Assembly (NCBI GenBank): GCA_032718475.1
Contig: JAUCBJ010004577.1
Span: forward strand, 28,211 to 92,210
DNA from: Nemertoderma westbladi
Taxonomy: Eukaryota; Animalia; Xenacoelomorpha
Length of the DNA: 64,000 bases
Direction: 5' to 3'
Both the position numbers and the translations under genes were made by a program. Within the stretch, counting starts at the first letter, position 1. Each line of letters begins with the position of its first letter. Under the pieces are notes generated by a model. The model ran no database searches, was not told where the DNA came from, and saw only the letters and a list, made by a program, of their open reading frames with translations. Below are positions 1-13,400 of this stretch, in pieces.

Positions 1-570
1 TATTAAATCTATAAGACTAGAACCATTATGGCAGTAATAAGTTGGTTGAGTTAAATCATTCTGCAGTTCCAGTCCATAGTGACTTTCTTCCATGAGATAT
101 TGGAGACAATCCGCTTTGCAATTCTGTTTGTCCATTCTGGCGTTAAAATCACCGCCTAATATAATTGGTCCGTTGTAACCAGCGGGAACTGATTCGATCG
201 CCTTATAAACGCCGTCCACTAACTCATCGCTACTAGTGTCGGGGTCGAAATAACAGCAGATAAAAACTCCAACATCTGAATTAATTGTTACAAATGATCC
301 TGATTTACTAACTAATTCCGGGTTCAGGTGAGGTTTAGCTGCAACTGTTATTCCCTCCATTGGTCTTCCCCTTCCTGCGGGTTTAGTCGCCTCCGTGCTC
401 CAAGTATAGTACCCCGGTAGATCGGGTTCCTTAGTTGCGAAAGTCTCTGTTAATAGTAGGATATCAGGCCCGGACAATAAATCGTCAGAGGATAACTCAA
501 GTACAGATTTCAGTCCTTCTATGTTCCACAGCAGGGTTGAAACGGTTAACGGTGTGGAGTGGCTATTTTG
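1..570 (-). pseudogene. LINE ORF2 N-terminus: apurinic/apyrimidinic-like endonuclease, disrupted
   Basis: Conserved EN motifs WN, xxxTE, GDFNA and S.IDL appear in order; the frame is broken at about 200-250 and 100-120. Confidence 0.8.
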
Positions 571-1391
571 TCACGTACCAACAGTTGGTTGCGACCCAGC
601 GACGGGCGCGTTGTTTGCGGACGGCTGGTCACGGCGCTTTAGCCCAAAGCGCTCGCGTTCGTCGTTTGACATCTTGTAGTTCTTTATGGTGATTCCGTCT
701 CCCCAGATGTCCGGGTCCATCAGGGTTTCCCGGTGAGTCTGGCGCAGACGAGGTGGAAGGTGGCGTACCGCGAATCTGGATGATAAGCCACGGGAAACAC
801 GTCTTCGATGGGAAGCTTCTCGCTTTTTAGGTAGTTGATAACGTCCTCACAGGTGGTGGTTGCTTCAAGGCGACCGAGACATATGTGTGCCTTCCTCGTC
901 GCAGCGGGTGCGAGGGTCTGTCCCGGGGTAGCCGCCACTGCTCGTAAAGGCCCGCCAACCTTGCGACCGCGAGCGATAGAAGGCTGTGCTGGCGGAGCCT
1001 GTGGCCGAGTAGTCGCGGGTGGGAGAGTGGCACCTGAACAGGGAGGCCCGGTAGCGGTTACTACGGTTGCCGGGTTTCCGTTCCGAGTGACGCTGCTATA
1101 ACGCCGGCGGATTGGTCGATCTCCACCCGGAGTTGGATCGCGAGCATGACGAACTTCCTTTATCAGTTCATCCTTCGCATTGATGAGTTTCTGTTGGCAG
1201 TCGGCAAGTTTACCCCAGACTGGGGGTAACGAGGCGAGGTTCGAAGTGTACATAGAGTTCATCGCGAGGAGGTGTGTCATTAAGAGTTTTTCGTCCTCGT
1301 TTGATACACTCTTCTTTTGTTTTACTTTCGCGAATAAGGAGATAATATTCTCTTGGTGTTTCAAGAAGTCGTCGGCTGGAAGATCACCCAT
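571..1391 (-). pseudogene. LINE ORF1 (coiled-coil, low-complexity linker, RRM-like C-terminus) with one frameshift near 740
   Basis: ORF 720..1415 (likely ATG at 1391) has AHICLGRLEATTTCEDVINYLK...YATFHL. After a frameshift the protein continues HRETLMDPDIWGDGITIKNY, resembling the D..WP.G motif of CR1/L2 ORF1, and ends at TGA 571-573. Confidence 0.7.
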
Positions 1392-1487
1392 TATAATAAT
1401 ACAATAATAAATCAATTAACCAATAGTAACGAGCAGATAATTAAAGAATCAAGCGCAGGATGGCAATGGCACTTTCACAAAAAAATC

Positions 1488-4400
1488 AAGTAAATAAGTA
1501 TCAACAAGTAAATAAAGTAGGGTTAGAGGTAAACAAGTAAATAAAGTAGGGTTAGAACTACTAAACAAGTAAATAAAGTCGGGTTAGAGGTAAACAAGTA
1601 AATAAAGTAGGGTTAGAGGTAAACAAGTAAATAAAGTAGGGCTAGAAGTAAACAAGTAAATAAAGTAGGGTTAGAGGTAAACAAGTAAATAAAGTAGGGT
1701 TAAAAGTAAACAAGTAAATAAAGTAGGGTTGGAAGTAAACAAGTAAATAAAGTAGGGTTAGAGGTAAACAATTAAATAAAGTAGGGTTAAAAGTAAACAA
1801 GTAAATAAAGTAGGGTTAGAGGAAAACGAGTAAATAAAGTAGGGTTAGAGGTAAACAAGTAAATAAAGTAGGGCTAGAAGTAAACAAGTAAATAAAGTAG
1901 GGTTAGAGGTAAACAAGTAAATAAAGTAGGGTTAGAGGTAAACAAGTAAATAAAGTAGGGTTAGAGGTAAACAAGTAAATAAAGTAGGGTTAGAGGTAAA
2001 CAATTAAATAAAGTAGGGTTAAAAGTAAACAAGTAAATAAAGTAGGGTTAGAGGAAAACGAGTAAATAAAGTAGGGTTAGAGGTAAACAAGTAAATAAAG
2101 TAGGGTTAGAGGTAAACAATTAAATAAAGTAGGGTTAAAAGTAAACAAGTAAATAAAGTAGGGTTAGAGGAAAACGAGTTAATAAAGTAGGGTTAGAACT
2201 AAACAAGTAAATAAAGTAGGGTTAAAAGTAAACAAGTAAATAAAGTAGGGTTAGAACTAAACAAGTAAATAAAGTAGGGTTAGAGGTAAACAAGTAAATA
2301 AAGTAGGGTTAGAACTAAACAAGTAAATAAAGTAGGGTTAGAGGTAAACAAGTAAATAAAGTAGGGTTAGAGGTAAACAAGTAAATAAAGTAGGGTTAGA
2401 GGTAAACAATTAAATAAAGTAGGGTTAAAAGTAAACAAGTAAATAAAGTAGGGTTAGAGGAAAACGAGTAAATAAAGTAGGGTTAGAGGTAAACAAGTAA
2501 ATAAAGTAGGGCTAGAAGTAAACAAGTAAATAAAGTAGGGTTAGAGGTAAACAAGTAAATAAAGTAGGGTTAGAGGTAAACAAGTAAATAAAGTAGGGCT
2601 AGAAGTAAACAAGTAAATAAAGTAGGGTTGGAAGTAAAAAAGTAAATAAAGTAGGGTTAGAGGTAAACAAGTAAATAAAGTAGGGTTAGAGGTAAACAAG
2701 TAAATAAAGAGGGTTAGAACTAAACAAGTAAATAAAGTAGGGTTATAGGTAAACAAGTAAATAAAGTAGGGTTAGAGGTAAACAAGTAAATAAAGTAGAG
2801 TTAGAACTAAACAAGTAAATAAAGTAGGGTTGGAAGTAAACAAGTAAATAAAGTAGGGTTAGAACTAAACAAGTAAATAAAGTAGGGTTAGAGGTAAACA
2901 AGTAAATAAAGTAGGGTTAGAACTAAACAAGTAAATAAAGTAGGGTTATAGGTAAACAAGTAAATAAAGTAGGGTTAGAGGTAAACAAGTAAAAAAAGTA
3001 GGGTTAGAAGTAAACAAGTAAATAAAGTAGGGTTAAAAGTAAACAAGTAAATAAAGTAGGGTTAAGAGTAAACAAGTAAATAAAGTAGGGTTAGAGGTAA
3101 ACAAGTAAATAAAGTAGGGTTAGAGGAAAACGAGTAAATAAAGTAGGGTTAGAGGTAAACAAGTAAATAAAGAGGGTTAAAAGTAAACAAGTAAATAAAG
3201 TAGGGTTAAGAGTAAACAAGTAAATAAAGTAGGGTTGGAAGTAAACAAGTAAATAAAGTAGGGTTAGAGGTAAACAAGTAAATAAAGTAGGGTTAGAGGT
3301 AAACAAGTAAATAAAGAGGGTTAGAACTAAACAAGTAAATAAAGTAGGGTTATAGGTAAACAAGTAAATAAAGTAGGGTTAAAAGTAAACAAGTAAATAA
3401 AGTAGGGTTAAGAGTAAACAAGTAAATAAATTAGGGTTGGAAGTAAACAAGTAAATAAAGTAGGCTTAGAGGTAAACAAGTAAATAAAGTAGGGTTAGAG
3501 GTAAACAAGTAAATAAAGTAGGGTTAGAGGTAAACGAGTAAATAAAGTAGGGTTATAGGTAAACAAGTAAATAAAGTAGGGTTAAAAGTAAACAAGTAAA
3601 TAAAGTAGGGTTACGAGTAAACAAGTAAATAAAGTATGGTTAGAGGTAAACAAGTAAATAAAGTAGGGTTAGAAGTAAACAAGTAAATAAAGTAGGGTTA
3701 AAAGTAAACAAGTAAATAAAGTAGGGTTAGAGGTAAACAAGTAAATAAAGAGGGTTAGAACTAAACAAGTAAATAAAGTAGGGTTATAGGTATACAAGTA
3801 AATAAAGTAGGGTAAGAGGTAAACAAGTAAATAAAGTAGAGTTAGAACTAAACAAGTAAATAAAGTAGGGTTGGAAGTAAACAAGTAAATAAAGTAGGGT
3901 TAAAAGTAAACAAGTAAATAAAGTAGAGTTGGAAGTAAACAAGTAAATAAAGTAGCGTTAGAGGTAAACAAGTAAATAAAGTAGGGTTGGAAGTAAACAA
4001 GTAAATAAAGTATAGCGTTAAAAGTAAACAAGTAAATAAAGTAGGGTTAGAACTAAACAAGTAAATAAAGTAGGGTTAGAGGTAAACAAGTAAATAAAGT
4101 AGGGTTAGAGGTAAACAAGTAAATAAAGTAGGGTTAGAGGTAAACAAGTAAATAAAGTAGGGTTAGAGGAAAACGAGTACATAAAGTAGGGTTAGAACTA
4201 AACAAATAAATAAAGTAGGGCCAGAAGTAAACAAGTAAATAAAGTAGGGTTAGAGGTAAACAAGTAAATAAAGTAGGGTTAGAGGTAAACAAGTAAATAA
4301 AGTAGGGTTAGAGGAAAACGAGTAAATAAAGTAGGGTTAGAGGTAAACAAGTAAATAAAGTAGGGCTAGAAGTAAACAAGTAAATAAAGTAGAGTTAGAG

Positions 4401-7400
4401 GTAAACAAGTAAATAAAGTAGGGTTAGAGGTAAACAAGTAAATAAAGTAGGGTTAGAGGAAAACGAGTAAATAAAGTAGGGTTAGAGGTAAACAAGTAAA
4501 TAAAGTAGGGTTAGAGGTAAACAAGTAAATAAAGTAGGGTTAGAGGTAAACAAGTAAATAAAGTAGGGTTAGAGGTAAACAAGTAAATAAAGTAGGGTTA
4601 GAGGAAAACGAGTAAATAAAGTAGGGTTAGAGGTAAACAAGTAAATAAAGTAGGGCTAGAAGTAAACAAGTAAATAAAGTAGGGTTAGAGGTAAACAAGT
4701 AAATAAAGTAGGGTTAGAGGTAAACAAGTAAATAAAGAGGGTTAGAACTAAACAAGTAAATAAAGTAGGGCTAGAACTAAACAAGTAAATAAAGTAGGGT
4801 TAGAGGTAAACAAGGAAATAAAGTAGGGTTGGAAGTAAATAAGTAAATAAAGTAGGGTTAGAGGTAAACAAGTAAATAAAGTAGGGTTGGAAGTAAACAA
4901 GTAAATAAAGTAGGGTTAGAGGTAAACAAGTAAATAAAGTAGGGTTAGAACTAAACAAGTAAATAAAGTAGGGCTAGAAGTAAACAAGTAAATAAAGTAG
5001 GGTTAGAACTAAACAAGTAAATAAAGTAGGGCTAGAAGTAAACAAGTAAATAGAGTAGGGTTAGAGGTAAACAAGTAAATAAAGTAGGGTTAGAGGAAAA
5101 CGAGTAAATAAAGTAGGGTTAGAGGTAAACAAGTAAATAAAGAGGGTTAGAACTAAACAAGTAAATAAAGTAGGGTTATAGGTAAACAAGTAAATAAAGT
5201 AGGGTTAGAGGTAAACAAGTAAAAAAAGTAGGGTTAGAAGTAAACAAGTAAATAAAGTAGGGTTAAAAGTAAACAAGTAAATAAAGTAGGGTTAAGAGTA
5301 AACAAGTAATTAAAGTAGGGTTGGAAGTAAACAAGTAAATTAAAGTAGGGTTAGAGGTAAACAAGTAAATAAAGTAGGGTTAGAGGTAAACAAGTAAATA
5401 AAGAGGGTTAAAAGTAAACAAGTAAATAAAGTAGGGTTAAGAGTAAACAAGTAAATAAAGTAGGGTTGGAAGTAAACAAGTAAATAAAGTAGGGTTAGAG
5501 GTAAACAAGTAAATAAAGTAGGGTTAGAGGTAAACAAGTAAATAAAGAGGGTTAGAACTAAACAAGTAAATAAAGTAGGGTTATAGGTAAACAAGTAAAT
5601 AAAGTAGGGTTAAAAGTAAACAAGTAAATAAAGTAGGGTTAAGAGTAAACAAGTAAATAAATTAGGGTTGGAAGTAAACAAGTAAATAAAGTAGGCTTAG
5701 AGGTAAACAAGTAAATAAAGTAGGGTTAGAGGTAAACAAGTAAATAAAGTAGGGTTAGAGGTAAACGAGTAAATAAAGTAGGGTTATAGGTAAACAAGTA
5801 AATAAAGTAGGGTTAAAAGTAAACAAGTAAATAAAGTAGGGTTACGAGTAAACAAGTAAATAAAGTATGGTTAGAGGTAAACAAGTAAATAAAGTAGGGT
5901 TAGAAGTAAACAAGTAAATAAAGTAGGGTTAAAAGTAAACAAGTAAATAAAGTAGGGTTAGAGGTAAACAAGTAAATAAAGAGGGTTAGAACTAAACAAG
6001 TAAATAAAGTAGGGTTATAGGTATACAAGTAAATAAAGTAGGGTAAGAGGTAAACAAGTAAATAAAGTAGAGTTAGAACTAAACAAGTAAATAAAGTAGG
6101 GTTGGAAGTAAACAAGTAAATAAAGTAGGGTTAAAAGTAAACAAGTAAATAAAGTAGAGTTGGAAGTAAACAAGTAAATAAAGTAGCGTTAGAGGTAAAC
6201 AAGTAAATAAAGTAGGGTTGGAAGTAAACAAGTAAATAAAGTATAGCGTTAAAAGTAAACAAGTAAATAAAGTAGGGTTAGAACTAAACAAGTAAATAAA
6301 GTAGGGTTAGAACTAAACAAGTAAATAAAGTAGGGTTAGAGGTAAACAAGTAAATAAAGTAGGGTTAGAGGTAAACAAGTAAATAAAGTAGGGTTAGAGG
6401 AAAACGAGTACATAAAGTAGGGTTAGAACTAAACAAATAAATAAAGTAGGGCCAGAAGTAAACAAGTAAATAAAGTAGGGTTAGAGGTAAACAAGTAAAT
6501 AAAGTAGGGTTAGAGGTAAACAAGTAAATAAAGTAGGGTTAGAGGAAAACGAGTAAATAAAGTAGGGTTAGAGGTAAACAAGTAAATAAAGTAGGGCTAG
6601 AAGTAAACAAGTAAATAAAGTAGAGTTAGAGGTAAACAAGTAAATAAAGTAGGGTTAGAGGTAAACAAGTAAATAAAGTAGGGTTAGAGGAAAACGAGTA
6701 AATAAAGTAGGGTTAGAGGTAAACAAGTAAATAAAGTAGGGTTAGAGGTAAACAAGTAAATAAAGTAGGGTTAGAGGTAAACAAGTAAATAAAGTAGGGT
6801 TAGAGGTAAACAAGTAAATATAGTAGGGTTAGAGGAAAACGAGTAAATAAAGTAGGGTTAGAGGTAAACAAGTAAATAAAGTAGGGCTAGAAGTAAACAA
6901 GTAAATAAAGTAGGGTTAGAGGTAAACAAGTAAATAAAGTAGGGTTAGAGGTAAACAAGTAAATAAAGAGGGTTAGAACTAAACAAGTAAATAAAGTAGG
7001 GCTAGAACTAAACAAGTAAATAAAGTAGGGTTAGAGGTAAACAAGGAAATAAAGTAGGGTTGGAAGTAAATAAGTAAATAAAGTAGGGTTAGAGGTAAAC
7101 AAGTAAATAAAGTAGGGTTGGAAGTAAACAAGTAAATAAAGTAGGGTTAGAGGTAAACAAGTAAATAAAGTAGGGTTAGAACTAAACAAGTAAATAAAGT
7201 AGGGTTAGAGGTAAACAAGTAAATAAAGTAGGGTTAGAGGTAAACAAGTAAATAAAGTAGGGTTAGAACTAAACAAGTAAATAAAGTCGGGTTAGAGGTA
7301 AACAAGTAAATAAAGTAGGGTTAGAGGTAAACAAGTAAATAAAGTAGGGCTAGAAGTAAACAAGTAAATAAAGTAGGGTTAGAGGTAAACAAGTAAATAA

Positions 7401-10400
7401 AGTAGGGTTAAAAGTAAACAAGTAAATAAAGTAGGGTTGGAAGTAAACAAGTAAATAAAGTAGCGTTAGAGGTAAACAAGTAAATAAAGTAGGGTTAAAA
7501 GTAAACAAGTTAATAAAGTAGGGTTAGAGGTAAACAAGTAAATAAAGTAGGGTTAGAGGTAAACAATTAAATAAAGTAGGGTTAAAAGTAAACAAGTAAA
7601 TAAAGTAGGGTTAGAGGAAAACGAGTAAATAAAGTAGGGTTAGAGGTAAACAAGTAAATAAAGTAGGGCTAGAAGTAAACAAGTAAATAAAGTAGGGTTA
7701 GAGGTAAACAAGTAAATAAAGTAGGGTTAGAGGTAAACAAGTAAATAAAGTAGGGTTAGAGGTAAACAAGTAAATAAAGAGGGTTAGAACTAAACAAGTA
7801 AATAAAGTAGGGTTATAGGTAAACAAGTAAATAAAGTAGGGTTAGAGGTAAACAAGTAAATAAAGTAGAGTTAGAACTAAACAAGTAAATAAAGTAGGGT
7901 TAGAAGTAAACAAGTAAATAAAGTAGGGTTAAAAGTAAACAAGTAAATAAAGTAGGGTTAAAAGTAAACAAGTAAATAAAGTAGGGTTAGAAGTAAACAA
8001 GTAAATAAAGTAGGGTTAGAGGTAAACAAGTAAATAAAGTAGGGTTAGAGGTAAACGAGTAAATAAAGTAGGGTTAGAACTAAACAAGTAAATAAAGTAG
8101 GGTTAGAAGTAAACAAGTAAAAAAATAAAGACGGATTAGAACTAAACAAATAAATAAAGTAGGGCCAGAAGTAAACAAGTAAATAAAGTAGGGTTAAAAG
8201 TAAACAAGTAAATAAAGTAGGGTTAAAAGTAAACAAGTAAATAAAGTAGGGTTAAAAGTAAACAAGTAAATAAAGTAGGGTTAGAAGTAAACAAGTAAAT
8301 AAAGTAGGGTTAGAAGTAAACAAGTAAATAAAGTAGGGTTAAAAGTAAACAAGTAAATAAAGTAGGGTTAAAAGTAAACAAGTAAATAAAGTAGGGTTAG
8401 AAGTAAACAAGTAAATAAAGTAGGGTTAGAGGTAAACAAGTAAATAAAGTAGGGTTAGAGGTAAACGAGTAAATAAAGTAGGGTTAGAACTAAACAAGTA
8501 AATAAAGTAGGGTTAGAGGTAAACAAGTAAATAAAGTAGGGTTAGAGGTAAACAAGTAAATAAAGAGGGTTAGAACTAAACAAGTAAATAAAGTAGGGTT
8601 ATAGGTAAACAAGTAAATAAAGTAGGGTTAGAGGTAAACAAGTAAATAAAGTAGAGTTAGAACTAAACAAGTAAATAAAGTAGGGTTAGAAGTAAACAAG
8701 TAAATAAAGTAGGGTTAAAAGTAAACAAGTAAATAAAGTAGGGTTAAAAGTAAACAAGTAAATAAAGTAGGGTTAGAAGTAAACAAGTAAATAAAGTAGG
8801 GTTAGAAGTAAACAAGTAAATAAAGTAGGGTTAAAAGTAAACAAGTAAATAAAGTAGGGTTAAAAGTAAATAAGTAAATAAAGTAGGGTTAGAAGTAAAC
8901 AAGTAAATAAAGTAGGGTTAGAGGTAAACAAGTAAATAAAGTAGGGTTAGAGGTAAACGAGTAAATAAAGTAGGGTTAGAACTAAACAAGTAAATAAAGT
9001 AGGGTTAGAGGTAAACAAGTAAATAAAGTAGGGTTAGAGGTAAACGAGTAAATAAAGAGGGTTAGAACTAAACAAGTAAATAAAGTAGGGTTATAGGTAA
9101 ACAAGTAAATAAAGTAGGGTTAGAGGTAAACAAGTAAATAAAGTAGAGTTAGAACTAAACAAGTAAATAAAGTAGGGTTAGAAGTAAACAAGTAAATAAA
9201 GTAGGGTTAAAAGTAAACAAGTAAATAAAGTAGGGTTAAAAGTAAACAAGTAAATAAAGTAGGGTTAGAAGTAAACAAGTAAATAAAGTAGGGTTAGAGG
9301 TAAACAAGTAAATAAAGTAGGGTTAGAGGTAAACGAGTAAATAAAGTAGGGTTAGAACTAAACAAGTAAATAAAGTAGGGTTAGAAGTAAACAAGTAAAT
9401 AAAGTAGGGTTAAAAGTAAACAAGTAAATAAAGTAGGGTTAGAAGTAAACAAGTAAAAAAATAGAGACGGGTTAGAACTAAACAAATAAATAAAGTAGGG
9501 CTAGAACTAAACAAGTAAGTAAAGTAGGGTTAGAACTAAACAAGTAAATAAAGTAGGGCTAGAGGTAAACAAGTAAATAAAGTAGAGTTAGAACTAAACA
9601 AGTAAATAAAGTAGGGTTATAGGTAAACAAGTAAATAAAGTAGGGTTAGAGGTAAACAAGTAAATAAAGTAGAGTTAGAACTAAACAAGTAAATAAAGTA
9701 GGGTTAGAACTAAACAAATAAATAAAGTTGGGTTGGAAGTAAACAAGTAAGTAAAGTAGGGTTAGAACTAAACAAGTAAATAAAGTAGGGTTAGAACTAA
9801 ACAAATAAATAAAGTAGGGCCAGAAGTAAACAAGTAAATAAAGTAGGGTTAGAAGTAAACAAGTAAATAAAGTAGGGTTAGAGGTAAACAAGTAAATAAA
9901 GTAGAGTTAGAACTAAACAAGTAAATAAAGTAGGGTTAGAAGTAAACAAGTAAATAAAGTAGGGTTAAAAGTAAACAAGTAAATAAAGTAGGGTTAGAAG
10001 TAAACAAGTAAATAAAGTAGGGTTAGAAGTAAACAAGTAAATAAAGTAGGGTTAGAAGTAAACAAGTAAATAAAATAGGGTTAGAAGTAAACAAGTAAAT
10101 ATAGTAGGGTTAAAAGTAAACAAGTAAATAAAGTAGGGTTAAAAGTAAACAAGTAAATAAAGTAGGGTTAGAAGTAAACAAGTAAATAAAGTAGGGTTAA
10201 AAGTAAACAAGTAAATAAAGTAGGGTTGGAAGTAAACAAGTAAATAAAGTAGGGTTAGAAGTAAACAAGTAAATAAAGTAGGGTTAGAAGTAAACAAGTA
10301 AATAAAGTAGGGTTAGAACTAAACAAGTAAATAAAATAGGGTTAGAAGTAAACAAGTAAATATAGTAGGGTTAAAAGTAAACAAGTAAATAAAGTAGGGT

Positions 10401-13400
10401 TAGAAGTAAACAAGTAAATAAAGTAGGGTTAAAAGTAAACAAGTAAATAAAGTAGGGTTAAAAGTAAACAAGTAAATAAAGTAGGGTTGGAAGTAAACAA
10501 GTAAATAAAGTAGGGTTAGAAGTAAACAAGTAAATAAAGTAGGGTTAGAAGTAAACAAGTAAATAAAGTAGGGTTAGAGGTAAACAAGTAAATAAAGTAG
10601 AGTTAGAACTAAACAAGTAAATAAAGTAGGGTTAGAAGTAAACAAGTAAATAAAGTAGGGTTAAAAGTAAACAAGTAAATAAAGTAGGGTTAGAAGTAAA
10701 CAAGTAAATAAAGTAGGGTTAGAAGTAAACAAGTAAATAAAGTAGGGTTAGAACTAAACAAGTAAATAAAATAGGGTTAGAAGTAAACAAGTAAATATAG
10801 TAGGGTTAAAAGTAAACAAGTAAATAAAGTAGGGTTAAAAGTAAACAAGTAAATAAAGTAGGGTTAGAAGTAAACAAGTAAATAAAGTAGGGTTAAAAGT
10901 AAACAAGTAAATAAAGTAGGGTTAAAAGTAAACAAGTAAATAAAGTAGGGTTAGAGGTAAACAAGTAAATAAAGTAGGGTTGGAAGTAAACAAGTAAATA
11001 AAGTAGGGTTAGAGGTAAACAAGTAAATAAAGTAGGGTTGGAAGTAAACAAGTAAATAAAGTAGGGTTAGAACTAAACAAGTAAATAAAATAGGGTTAGA
11101 AGTAAACAAGTAAATATAGTAGGGTTAAAAGTAAACAAGTAAATAAAGTAGGGTTAAAAGTAAACAAGTAAATAAAGTAGGGTTAGAAGTAAACAAGTAA
11201 ATATAGTAGGGTTAAAAGTAAACAAGTAAATAAAGTAGGGTTAAAAGTAAACAAGTAAATAAAGTAGGGTTAGAAGTAAACAAGTAAATAAAGTAGGGTT
11301 AAAAGTAAACAAGTAAATAAAGTAGGGTTAAAAGTAAACAAGTAAATAAAGTAGGGTTAGAGGTAAACAAGTAAATAAAGTAGGGTTGGAAGTAAACAAG
11401 TAAATAAAGTAGGGTTAGAAGTAAACAAGTAAATAAAGTAGGGTTAGAGGTAAACGAGTAAATAAAGTAGGGTTAGAAGTAAACAAGTAAAAAAATAGAG
11501 ACGGGTTAGAACTAAACAAATAAATAAAGTAGGGCTAGAGGTAAACAAGTAAATAAAGTAGGGTTAGAACTAAACAAATAAATAAAGTAGGGTTGGAAGT
11601 AAACAAGTAAGTAAAGTAGGGTTAGAACTAAACAAGTAAATAAAGTAGGGTTAGAACTAAACAAATAAATAAAGTAGGGCCAGAAGTAAACAAGTAAATA
11701 AAGTAGGGTTAGAAGTAAACAAGTAAATAAAGTAGGGTTAGAGGTAAACAAGTAAATAAAGTAGAGTTAGAACTAAACAAGTAAATAAAGTAGGGTTAGA
11801 AGTAAACAAGTAAATAAAGTAGGGTTAAAAGTAAACAAGTAAATAAAGTAGGGTTAGAAGTAAACAAGTAAATAAAGTAGGGTTAGAAGTAAACAAGTAA
11901 ATAAAGTAGGGTTAGAACTAAACAAGTAAATAAAGTAGGGTTAGAAGTAAACAAGTAAATAAAGTAGGGTTAAAAGTAAACAAGTAAATAAAGTAGGGTT
12001 AAAAGTAAACAAGTAAATAAAGTAGGGTTAAAAGTAAACAAGTAAATAAAGTAGGGTTAGAAGTAAACAAGTAAAAAAATAGAGACGGGTTAGAACTAAA
12101 CAAATAAATAAAGTAGGGCTAGAACTAAACAAGTAAGTAAAGTAGGGTTAGAACTAAACAAGTAAATAAAGTAGGGTTAAAAGTAAACAAGTAAATAAAG
12201 TAGGGTTAAAAGTAAACAAGTAAATAAAGTAGGGTTAAAAGTAAACAAGTAAATAAAGTAGGGTTAGAAGTAAACAAGTAAAAAAATAGAGACGGGTTAG
12301 AACTAAACAAATAAATAAAGTAGGGCTAGAACTAAACAAGTAAGTAAAGTAGGGTTAGAACTAAACAAATAAATAAAGTAGGGCCAGAAGTAAACAAGTA
12401 AATAAAGTAGGGTTAGAAGTAAACAAGTAAATAAAGTAGGGTTAGAAGTAAACAAGTAAATAAAGTAGGGTTAGAGGTAAACAAGTAAATAAATTAGGGT
12501 TAAAAGTAAACAAGTAAATAAAGTAGGGTTAGAGGTAAACGAGTAGATAAAGTAGGGCTGGAGGTAAACAAGTAAATAAAGTAGGGCTAGAAGTAAACAA
12601 GTAAATAAAGTAGGGTTAGAACTAAACAAGTAAATAAAGTAGGGCTAGAAGTAAACAAGTAAATAAATTAGGGTTAGAAGTAAACAAGTAAATAAAGTAG
12701 GGTTAGAGGTAAACAAGTAAATAAAGTAGGGTTAGAGGTAAACGAGTAAATAAAGTAGAGTTAGAACTAAACAAGTAAATAAAGTAGGGTTAGAGGTAAA
12801 CGAGTAAATAAAGTAGGGTTGGAAGTAAACAAGTAAATAAAGTAGGGTTAGAACTAAACAAGTAAATAAAGTAGGGTTAGAAGTAAACAAGTAAATAAAG
12901 TAGGGTTAAAAGTAAACAAGTAAATAAAGTAGGGTTAGAAGTAAACAAGTAAAAAAATAGAGAAGGGTTAGAGGAAAACGAGTAAATAAAGTAGGGTTAG
13001 AACTAAACAAATAAATAAAGTAGGGCCAGAAGTAAACAAGTAAATAAAGTAGAGTTAGAACAAAACAAGTAAATAAAGTAGGGTTAGAAGTAAACAAGTA
13101 AATAAAGTAGGGTTAGAACTAAACAAGTAAATAAAGTAGGGTTAGAGGTAAACAAGTAAATAAAGTAGGGTTAGAGGTAAACGAGTAAATAAAGTAGAGT
13201 TAGAACTAAACAAGTAAATAAAGTAGGGTTAGAAGTAAACAAGTAAATAAAGTAGGGTTATAGGTAAACAAGTAAATAAAGTAGAGTTAGAACTAAACAA
13301 GTAAATAAAGTAGGGTTAGAAGTAAACAAGTAAATAAAGTAGGGTTAAAAGTAAACAAGTAAATAAAGTAGGGTTAGAAGTAAACAAGTAAAAAAATAGA

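Larger units (their letters stand above)
1..1480 (-). mobile_element. 5' portion of a degraded non-LTR retrotransposon (L2/CR1-group LINE): 5'UTR, ORF1 and start of ORF2 (APE endonuclease); continues left of the window
   Basis: Minus-strand translation gives the APE motifs LLWNIEGL, DILLLTETF, GRGRPMEGI, IILGGDFNAR and PTYYCHNGSSLIDL (with frameshifts/stop). It is preceded by an ORF1 with an RRM-like segment. The 5' boundary is approximate. Confidence 0.85.
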
